Assembly (NCBI GenBank): GCA_048938005.1
Contig: JBHLMQ010000003.1
Span: forward strand, 32,001-96,000
DNA from: Promethearchaeota archaeon
GTDB lineage: Archaea; Asgardarchaeota; Lokiarchaeia; Sigyniarchaeales; SOKP01
Length of the DNA: 64,000 nt
Direction of reading: 5' to 3'
Within the stretch, counting starts at the first letter, position 1. Each line of letters begins with the position of its first letter. Below, in pieces: positions 20,620 through 29,500 of this stretch. Position numbers and translations under genes: made by a program. A model generated the notes under the pieces. The model was given only the letters and a program-made list of their open reading frames with translations, was not told the DNA's origin and ran no database searches.

Positions 20620-22361
20620 TCATTCATCACCTTACCATAAAAAAATTCTTTTTGGAATTTATCTTCTGACCTTAATAGATTAGGATACTTTTCGATAATT
20701 TTTTTAATCCTATCTCTTTCATCAATTATCTTTTGGTGTTTAATGTCCCAAGAATAACATGCGCCATTAATAATTTTCGTTTTAATTTGTCCTAATGCAA
20801 ATTGATTATTTTGTAACTGAGGTGCATCGAAAATTCCATATTCTATGAGCCGATTTAGAACTTTATGGTTTATCCACGGATTTTTTTGTTCTTCAGATGT
20901 TTTCGCTAACCGAGGAATCAAATTGATAATCCATTGGGCTTCTCTTATTAATTCTTCTTTCCTTTTCCTAATTTTCTTATCAATAAAATTTAATTTACTA
21001 GCAAATGAATTATTAATTACCTGATCCACAATTTTACAACTTTCAATAATATCATCTGGTTGAGCAGCATGACTCGCTTCAGAATAACTAACAACATGAA
21101 CAATATCAGGTTTTATTGCTAATTGTATTAATGTAGCTGCGGCTAACTGCCCTTTAGCCTTATCTAAATCTATTGGAAAACTTGCCAATCCTGTTCTAAC
21201 TTGTTTAATTAATGAAAATGAATTGTCTACTAAGGTTAGAAGAAGTTCATCTTTAGCTAAAATTTTAGCGAGATCCATGTCAAGCGAACTTGAAGGAGGA
21301 GTATTAAACATATATTGTGCTATAAAATATTTAACACCTAGTTTCTTTGCTATAATTCCTGATAAATACATATCCGCAACAGCGATTGCATCTGGTGCAT
21401 CTCTTAGACTCCAATGGTGAGGATCGTTTATCTCTACAGGCACATCATTTTCAGCATACCATTTAATTGTATTTAAGTGTTTTTTTATAGATTTTTTTAA
21501 ATTAAGAGGTCCTCTCCCATCCATCTGATTAAACCAGAAAATAGGAATAGCTGCCCAAGCATTTTTTATTGTTCGGTGGAATAATTCAGCAAGCTTTATG
21601 AAATCTCTTGTTCCGGCATAAATTCTTAGCAAAGGATGATTTCCCGTTAATCTTGCTTTATGTAGTTTAAGAAAATCCTCTTCGGTTCTTAATGGAACAC
21701 CTCCAGCCCCAGATAACTCTTGAATTTGCCCTTCGGGATGAAAATAATTAGCCTGCGTGTTTTGATCAGGGGCAATGGAAATCACATCCAAAACCTCTGC
21801 TTTAGCTATTATTTGTATTCCTCTTACCGTTTCTTCAAAATCAGATAAACCAAAATGGGCTCTAATTATCGGATATGGTTTTTTCCATTCTATTCTTGAT
21901 ATTAAATCCATTGGAATTTCTAATCTACTTTTAAGATTTTGTTTTTCATCTTTTAAAATTGAGATTATTCTATGTTTTGATTCGCCCCCTATGAAGTATT
22001 CATCAAACTCATTAAACTCTTTTACAACATTAATAACTTCTGAAGTTCCTGCGAAGTATAGCTTACTTGGCTTGTTTTCTATTTTTTTAAAATTTTTTAA
22101 AAAATTCTTAAGTAATGGTTTTACGGTTGATGGGGTAAGACGATAACTTAATCCAACAATTTTAGGGTTATAGTTTTGAATTTGATTCATCAATTTCCAA
22201 ATTGGGGTTGCTGGACCTAAAAATTTACATTCATAACCAAGCTGGGTTGCAATGCTCATAAAATTATAAGCCCCCGCAACATGTACACATTGACCTATGC
22301 AGGCAATCAATATCCTTTTATTTTTATTACTTTTTGAATTTTTTAGTGTAATTTTTTGCAA
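20616..22361 (-). CDS. Cobalamin-binding domain + TIM-barrel protein (B12-dependent mutase/methyltransferase-like)
   Basis: GQCVHVAG (DxHxxG variant), VGLSYRL, FAG; long catalytic-type C-terminal domain; TTG start after GGGGTGA; 4-nt overlap with the next gene. Confidence 0.82.
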   Translation of the reverse strand: MQKITLKNSKSNKNKRILIACIGQCVHVAGAYNFMSIATQLGYECKFLGPATPIWKLMNQIQNYNPKIVGLSYRLTPSTVKPLLKNFLKNFKKIENKPSKLYFAGTSEVINVVKEFNEFDEYFIGGESKHRIISILKDEKQNLKSRLEIPMDLISRIEWKKPYPIIRAHFGLSDFEETVRGIQIIAKAEVLDVISIAPDQNTQANYFHPEGQIQELSGAGGVPLRTEEDFLKLHKARLTGNHPLLRIYAGTRDFIKLAELFHRTIKNAWAAIPIFWFNQMDGRGPLNLKKSIKKHLNTIKWYAENDVPVEINDPHHWSLRDAPDAIAVADMYLSGIIAKKLGVKYFIAQYMFNTPPSSSLDMDLAKILAKDELLLTLVDNSFSLIKQVRTGLASFPIDLDKAKGQLAAATLIQLAIKPDIVHVVSYSEASHAAQPDDIIESCKIVDQVINNSFASKLNFIDKKIRKRKEELIREAQWIINLIPRLAKTSEEQKNPWINHKVLNRLIEYGIFDAPQLQNNQFALGQIKTKIINGACYSWDIKHQKIIDERDRIKKIIEKYPNLLRSEDKFQKEFFYGKVMNE

Positions 22362-22557
22362 AATATCACCCCTATTTTTTTAGGAGAAATAAAAGAGAAG
22401 AATTTCATACATTATTCATAAAATCGATTTGTGCTAATTACACAATTCGATCTTTTTACATTAAGAATAAACAATTTTCTCACTTTAAGCTGATTTTTAA
22501 CAAGTTTCAAGATTCAGCCTATATATCTAGGAAAAAGTTTGATATTTAAGTATTTCG
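22362..22557 (-). promoter_or_regulatory. Putative BRE/TATA promoter and structured 5' leader
   Basis: Minus-strand CGAAATACTTAAATA near 22543-22557; hairpins at 22487-22520, 22395-22481 and 22369-22386. Confidence 0.45.
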
Positions 22558-22757
22558 ATTATTTATATATGAAAAAATGTAAAAAAATTCCAATTTAACT
22601 AAATTTTGAGTCATATATTTGATATGAATATTTAAGAATGTTCATCGTTTCACGATCAAATTTTCTAATCTTCAATAAACACCATAAATCAATGTTTATA
22701 ATCTTAAAATGAAAAAAGTTAAAATAAAATAGTAAAAAAAATTTGAAGATTAACTTT

Positions 22758-23777
22758 TTAAATGCTAGTTCCATTAACTTCAATACTTCCAGTGCCAGTA
22801 TCTAAATCTAAATCATAATTATATGTTGTTAGGTAATCAATAGAATCGAATGGATTAGAAGATATCGATATGAATCCTCCAGAATTTATACGTGTGAAAC
22901 TGCCTGTTCCTATTGAACCGAAGAAACTAGCACCCACATTAGGGCTTGTGTCTTTATACATAACATCAATACTTCCCGTACCCGATGATACTAAACCTGA
23001 AACATTGGCGCCCATACCCGAATGTTGATTAATAACGATGTCTATACTGCCAGTTCCTGTATTTATAGTCCATACACTATCTTGAGTATATTCCATATTA
23101 AAGCTATTAAAATCTATACTTCCAGTTCCGGTATCTAGATCAACGTTTCCTCCCATAACATTATTTGTAAAATTAGCTAAAATACTTCCGGTACCTGCGT
23201 GTATTGTTAATCCACGGGTAAGATTAGCATTTTTACTATATAAAGCAACAGAACCTGTTCCAGAGTCTAATGTAAGATTATTTAGGATTGCATTATCTGG
23301 AATATTCATGTTTATAGAACCTGTACCAGTATGGGCATCAACATCATACACTACATCAGTCCTTAGCGTGATTGTCACTAAAACATCATAAGATTTAAAC
23401 CAATGCACTGGATTAAACCATACACCTGGTCTAATTTTTAGATCAAATATGGTAGGTATGCTTGAATTTTGCCACCATTCTGTGTAAGGTGTATAAAATT
23501 CTGTGTATTGTGCACCAGCCATAAATAGCCCAGATATTGCCATTGATACCTCAACTTTCGCTATATAAGGTGTTGATGTAGTATTATATTTGATATCTAA
23601 CCTTCCTATATCTGCATTTAAACTTAATTCCTCTATTGGTAAAGGTGATCCTTGATAATAAAAGGTAAACGACTCTTGGATCTTACCAGCTGTCGCAAAA
23701 CCAATAATAAAAAAAATCGAACCTCCACCAACAACTATAGCAGCAATAATAATTGAAATTATATTCCGTCTTCTCAA
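22758..23777 (-). CDS. DUF4097/adhesin-like beta-solenoid protein with N-terminal anchor
   Basis: N-terminal TM; recurring (T/S/A)GTGS(I/V) repeats. Confidence 0.8.
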   Translation of the reverse strand: MRRRNIISIIIAAIVVGGGSIFFIIGFATAGKIQESFTFYYQGSPLPIEELSLNADIGRLDIKYNTTSTPYIAKVEVSMAISGLFMAGAQYTEFYTPYTEWWQNSSIPTIFDLKIRPGVWFNPVHWFKSYDVLVTITLRTDVVYDVDAHTGTGSINMNIPDNAILNNLTLDSGTGSVALYSKNANLTRGLTIHAGTGSILANFTNNVMGGNVDLDTGTGSIDFNSFNMEYTQDSVWTINTGTGSIDIVINQHSGMGANVSGLVSSGTGSIDVMYKDTSPNVGASFFGSIGTGSFTRINSGGFISISSNPFDSIDYLTTYNYDLDLDTGTGSIEVNGTSI

Positions 23778-24004
23778 ATTTCTTCACATTATTTTATTTT
23801 AATTTAGATTAAAGTAAATTATTGAAAAATGATATATAAATGAATTTGAGGCTAATTTTTTCCAAAAAAAAAAATCTTATAATTATTATTAAAAATAATA
23901 ATTTCTTATTCAAATCTAGAAATCTTTTAAATATCAAAAAATCAAAATAAGGAAATTCAAAAATAGAATTAAAATTATTATTCAAAAAATTATGGTTTTT
24001 AAAT

Positions 24005-24421
24005 ATGGCATTAAAAGATAAAGCATGGCAAGTAGCATTAGTTGGTGGAATTCTTACATTAATTGGCTGGATCACACCATTCCGTTGGGCATCTATAGGT
24101 GTATATACTAGTATGACCTGGTCATGGGGATTAGCATATGATACATACATTGGAATAATTTTTGCAGCGCAAATATCAGTTGCGGGAATCCTTATTATTA
24201 TAAGTGCAATTATAACATTAATTACAAGTTATTTATCAAAAAAACGCGAAAATTTAAAATTAATGGCTATTTTATGGCTTGTAAGTGGGATTTTAGCAAT
24301 TATAGGGATATTTGTCCTAATAGGAATGGGCGCAATGACATACCTAAGTTTTGGTTTTTATTTACCATTATTTGGTGGAATTATTGTTACTGTTGCAGGA
24401 GCAATGGGTCTTTCTAGATAG
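24005..24421 (+). CDS. Small 4-TM membrane protein
   Basis: Four hydrophobic segments in 138 aa. Confidence 0.75.
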   Translation: MALKDKAWQVALVGGILTLIGWITPFRWASIGVYTSMTWSWGLAYDTYIGIIFAAQISVAGILIIISAIITLITSYLSKKRENLKLMAILWLVSGILAIIGIFVLIGMGAMTYLSFGFYLPLFGGIIVTVAGAMGLSR

Positions 24422-24574
24422 TAAATTTTACTGGATATTACTATAGAAAATTATTGTAAATTTTTGAGTGCAAAATTTTTCTAATATCTTAAATATCTTA
24501 AGAGAAACACTTATCTATAATCTCAAAATAATAAAACTTAATTATTTGAGAGCCTTTTTTTAATATGTAATATT

Positions 24575-24646
24575 GGGCCTATGGATTAGTGGAAGATCGT
24601 TCGCTTGGCATGCGAAAGGCCGCGGGTTCAATTCCCGCTAGGTCCA
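24575..24646 (+). tRNA. tRNA-Ala(GGC)
   Basis: Acceptor GGGCCTA/TAGGTCC with G3:U70, anticodon arm TTCGC-TTGGCAT-GCGAA, T arm GCGGG-TTCAATT-CCCGC, discriminator A, no encoded CCA. Confidence 0.97.
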
Positions 24647-24774
24647 TTATTGATTCTTATTATGGGAAAAATCCTTATAAACAAATTAATGAATCTTGTA
24701 TTTTAATTAAAATTTAATGAAAATAGCTACAATTTAATAAGTTAGCTTATATTAGGGTAAAAAGAAAAAAAGAG

Positions 24775-24842
24775 ACTTACTTTGTTTTTCTACTTACTTA
24801 GTTTTTCTACTTACTTAGTTTTTCTACTTACTTAGTTTTTCT
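24775..24842. repeat. Tandem repeat, 4 x 17 bp (ACTTACTTAGTTTTTCT)
   Basis: Three identical copies and a first copy with one mismatch; no spacers. Confidence 0.95.
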
Positions 24843-24991
24843 TCTATTCAAAGGGATATTAAGTATTGCTGGACCCATGACCTTGATTAAAATTGGGAGA
24901 GCTTTTATATACTAATTTGACAATAATATGATTATAATATTTTTTTTTCTTCAGTTGGGATATAAGATTTGAGTAGATAATATGGGCTTTA

Positions 24992-26227
24992 ATGAGTGTG
25001 TTATTTATGCAAACAAGATCTAAGATTGGTTTAGTTGTTTTAATTAATTTTCTTCTTCCTTTACATGTTTTGTTATATTTTGGAGCCTTCAATATGTATT
25101 TCGATTACGCTATGAATTTATGCTACTTATCTTTTTTGGTCTTGGGAAGTAAAGATTTAGAGACAGATAAAAGGGAATTCAAACTATTAGCACTTCTGAA
25201 GATTTTCCCTGTTATTCTCTATTTTTATTATATTATAACTCAAGTAGGATATACTTTTATTAATATGATATTAGGGGGTAGTCTAGATTTTTTCTTTTTC
25301 AATTTCATACTAGCTAACGCCCCAAACTTATATTGGGTAATACGAGCCATCTCCTATAGTGTCACATTTCTTTTAATTTTTGGTTTAACATTGTTTGGAT
25401 TCAATAACAGAAAATACTATGGAAATTACGTGATCGCGTTCGCAGTTTTGTATTTAGTAGATAGATTATTTAGTTTAATTAACGCCATTACTTTATCATA
25501 TAACGCTACATTTTATCTCCTCTTTCTTTATGCCACTTTTGTTTTGGTGTCAATTTCTGCTAGTTATTTGATATTTTTTGGACAAAGAATAAGAATTATA
25601 TATTTTACTTTAAGCGGAATTACGTTTTTTGGATCTGTTTTTATTAGATGGATATTCACTTTCATTTTTTTTATCTTGGCCCAAATAGAGATTTATTCTG
25701 TAATAGCACTTATAACTTCTTTAATTGGAGTAGTGGTTGCAAGCCGATTTATAGAATTAGGGACAACGTTCAAGCGAGGGATTCGCGTCTTTATTACTCA
25801 TGCAGTTGATGACTATCGTAGATACAGAATTAATGAAATTGCCCAATTTTTAGAAAACCAAAAAGGAATACGCTATGTATATTATTGTGAAGCTGATTTA
25901 ACAGGAAATATTGATGCTTGGATGCAAAAAACGGTGCCACGCTGTCAATTACTACTTTTCGTTTCGACTGAAAAATCATTGAATTCGGTTGATTGCGCTA
26001 CTGAATTAAGTATTGCTCGAGATAATAGGTTGACAATCATTCCCATATTGGGAGTTGGGCTAAATTGGGATGATTTGAAAAAGCTAGATGTTCATAGAGA
26101 AGTTGGTGCTAGTTTTGATCCCATGGAATTTGAAGATTTTTGTAATAAATTGTACCAACAATTCCAAATATATAAAAAATCACTCAATCAAATATCTGAC
26201 GATAACCAATCCCAGAAAAAGAAGTAG
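24992..26227 (+). CDS. Multi-pass membrane protein with C-terminal TIR domain
   Basis: About 8 TMs, then RVFITHAVDD..YYCEADL..LLFVSTEKSLNSVDCATELSIA..IIPIL. Confidence 0.85.
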   Translation: MSVLFMQTRSKIGLVVLINFLLPLHVLLYFGAFNMYFDYAMNLCYLSFLVLGSKDLETDKREFKLLALLKIFPVILYFYYIITQVGYTFINMILGGSLDFFFFNFILANAPNLYWVIRAISYSVTFLLIFGLTLFGFNNRKYYGNYVIAFAVLYLVDRLFSLINAITLSYNATFYLLFLYATFVLVSISASYLIFFGQRIRIIYFTLSGITFFGSVFIRWIFTFIFFILAQIEIYSVIALITSLIGVVVASRFIELGTTFKRGIRVFITHAVDDYRRYRINEIAQFLENQKGIRYVYYCEADLTGNIDAWMQKTVPRCQLLLFVSTEKSLNSVDCATELSIARDNRLTIIPILGVGLNWDDLKKLDVHREVGASFDPMEFEDFCNKLYQQFQIYKKSLNQISDDNQSQKKK

Positions 26228-26518
26228 TAAATGTACGTTATTAAAATACCAAAGATTTCACACTCTATCAATATATTCTTGATGAATTTTTTAGTGGGTT
26301 TTTCATTGAAATCAGACTCTGAATTTACCATTTCATTCCAGTTTCAAAGGAAATTGAGAGTGTATCAGATATCATTGAAACAATTATAAATAATGAGGAA
26401 AAAGCATTAAAAAAAGCAATCACACTTGTGTAATAGGTCTATATTCTCTTTCTATTATTTATTTTTAGGTTAAAATCTTTAGGTTTAAATAAGTTTTCTT
26501 ATTTGATATAATCAATCT

Positions 26519-29500
26519 ATGACAAAATTAAAAAAAAAATCAAATTTATTAATTCTTACAATCCTTTTTGTCGCTTATTTTTTTATTCCAATGGTTGGAG
26601 TACAGTTAATAAATTATAGTTATTATGATAAAAATCTTAAAAGTACAATTGATTTAGATTCTTTACCTTCTTCATTATCATCACAAACTGATTCAAATAA
26701 TTTTAATTCTGAAGTTTATAATGGAATTGAAGGTTCAAAATATGATGATTTACTTAAGGAATTTTTATTAAATCAAACTTTGGATCAAAATAATAATCTA
26801 GTAGATACAAAAATTATTGTTCTTTTCGAAGACTACATTAGTAAGGATAATAGAATTACCATTATAGATTCAATTTTTGAAGATTATAAAATATTAAGCA
26901 ATTACGATATAATTCCTGGAGTTTACTTAAAAATAGATTACAACCAACTAATTAAAAATGAAGATGAAATTCAAGGGATTACAGCTATAAAAAAAATTTA
27001 TAAATCAAAAATATATCAATTGCCTTATAATACCGATGATAATCTTCAATTGAGCGCTTTAAATAAAGATGATTATTCTAACTGGTGGCTTACGGCTATT
27101 GGAGCAGAAAATCTAACATATGATGGAACCGGTGTGCGTGTAGCCATCATTGATACGGGGATTTATAATCATCCTGATTTGACTATTATAAATAGTAGTA
27201 ATTTTGTTTCTGATGAATTTACTGAAGATGATGTAATGGGCCATGGCACACATGTTGCTGGAATTGTTGGAAGTGATGGGGGCGGATCTTTAGGAGAATA
27301 TCGAGGTGTAGCTCCAGGAGTACAATTAATTAATGCGAGAGCATTAAACTCTAGTGGAGCAGCCGAAGAAGGTGATATTGTAAGTGCTATCCAATGGAGT
27401 TCTAAGCCAACTAGATTGGAAGGAGCTGGTGCTGATATAGTTTCTATGAGTTTTGGTTTTGTTGGTGGTTATCCATATATTTCTGATTCTATAACACAAG
27501 CGATTACAAATGCGAAAAATAACTTTGGTGTTATCTTTGTATCCTCTTCAGGTAATTCGGGACCTGAATATTTCACTGGCTCTACACCTGCTTCTGGTAT
27601 TGATGTAATTTCTGTAGGAGCAACTAATGAAAGTGATAATCTAGCTTCTTTTAGTAGTTGGGGTCCTACATTCAGATATCTAGGGTATCCTGATGTTGTA
27701 GCTCCTGGGGTAAATATTATTTCCACAGAAGCATTAGATTCCATTATTTCAAAAGAAGAACATTACAGAGGAGATTTCTTTGATTTTTCTGGTGATGCAG
27801 ATTACTTTCCTGCAAGTGGAACAAGTATGTCCTGTCCTATGGTTGCGGGAGCATTAGCAATTTTATTGGACGCTTATCCCTATCTTACACCAGAAACCGC
27901 TAGGATTGCTTTATTAGAAGGAGCAAGAAAACTCCCAAATGAAAACGATGATGATTTACTTAAATCTGGAGCAGGGATAATAAATGTTACTGCTTCTTTA
28001 AATTATTTAAATAGTTTAGGTTCGGATTATAATGATACGGCAAAACTCTATCCAGACGAACTTCCCGTTAAACCCTATGATTTATTACATTTTCCAGGAG
28101 ATCATCAAAAGTTTAATTTAACAGTACTCTCTGGTAAAAATAATACATATAATTTTAAGATTTCAGGCGATATGCAAGGAATTACGATTTCACTTAATAA
28201 GGTAAATTTAAATTTTTCAGATTCTGGAATAGGTTTTCTTGAAATGGAGTTAGAAATTGATAAAGATGCAACTCCTGGAATAAGAAATTTTCAGCTTAAT
28301 CTAACAAATGGAGGACAAGTTTATGATGCAGTAAATATCACTTTAGACATCCGTTTACCAGAGTATCGTATACTGATGGAATCGTATCATGGATTAAACG
28401 ATTGGTTTCCTGAAATTTCATTTTATCAGATGGGTTTTTATGATGCCATGGTAGATCTTGCTGATTTTAATATTTCAATTGACTATGATATGGAATACTG
28501 GACTCCTGATTATAATAAAGATTTGAATAATTCAATATTAACTGAAGAAAGACTAGCTCAATATGATATAGTTTTTCTACAAAACCCAATATTACCATAT
28601 AGTCCAATGGAAATAGATAATCTAAAAAAATATTTTGAAAGTGGAGGTAATTTATTATTTTTAGGAACTCGATACCAAGATATGGTTGTAGACAATATCA
28701 ATTATTTATTCTCAAGCTTAAATGTAAGTATTCAAGTAAATGAGGAAAATGTTATGAATGATAATTGGCTAGGAATAGGGGCAACCGTAAGTTCTCAAAG
28801 TGTAAATAATTTTAGCAATTCAAAAATTTTTAAAGATGTATCTCAATTCATATGGTATTATGGTAATAGTTTTACTGTTTCTAATGATGCTGAGTCTATT
28901 GCAACAATAAATAGTAAAACTGTAACAGCTCTTTATGATGGATCATCTCAAGATAAAGGACGATTTTTAGCTTTTGGTGATTTACATTGGATTTTTAACC
29001 AATATAAATCAAATACTTATACTCAAGACCATTTTAACCTCTTAAAAAATATAATGGAATTTTTCCTACCTCCAGAGGAAGTCTCCATTAATATTGGTTT
29101 AGGAAAGGATCGCATTTCAAATTCTAATATTGATATAACTGTCTATTTAAAAAATCAAACATCAGAATCTCCAATAACATCGATGGATTCTTTGAATATG
29201 ATCATTAAAAATGAAACTGAATCTTATTCAACTTTAATCACGTTAAACACCACACTTTCAGATAAAGGAATCTATTTTAATGACTCATTTAATATACCTC
29301 ATCCAAGTTATTCGCCATATTCTATTGAACTTAATTTAACAATTGGATCAAATACTTATAGTAAAAATACAAAAATCCTTTATTTTGACCAGATGGAAGT
29401 TCCGAAAATTATTGATTTATCTACTGATGATGATACACCTATAACAAGAGCTCCATCAGGTATCGGAAATTCAATTAATTTAATTGCTGAACTCGATAAT

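Noticed and set aside
22595-22783. 62-aa minus-strand ORF
   Set aside because: Low-complexity, Phe/Lys-rich translation of an AT-rich intergenic stretch overlapping a real gene end
24775-24842. CRISPR array
   Set aside because: Repeats are contiguous 17-mers with no spacers, and no cas genes are present
26323-26433. Possible remnant of a nitronate monooxygenase/FabK-like C-terminus (KEIESVSDIIETIINNEEKAL)
   Set aside because: Too short, no start, and resemblance by eye only
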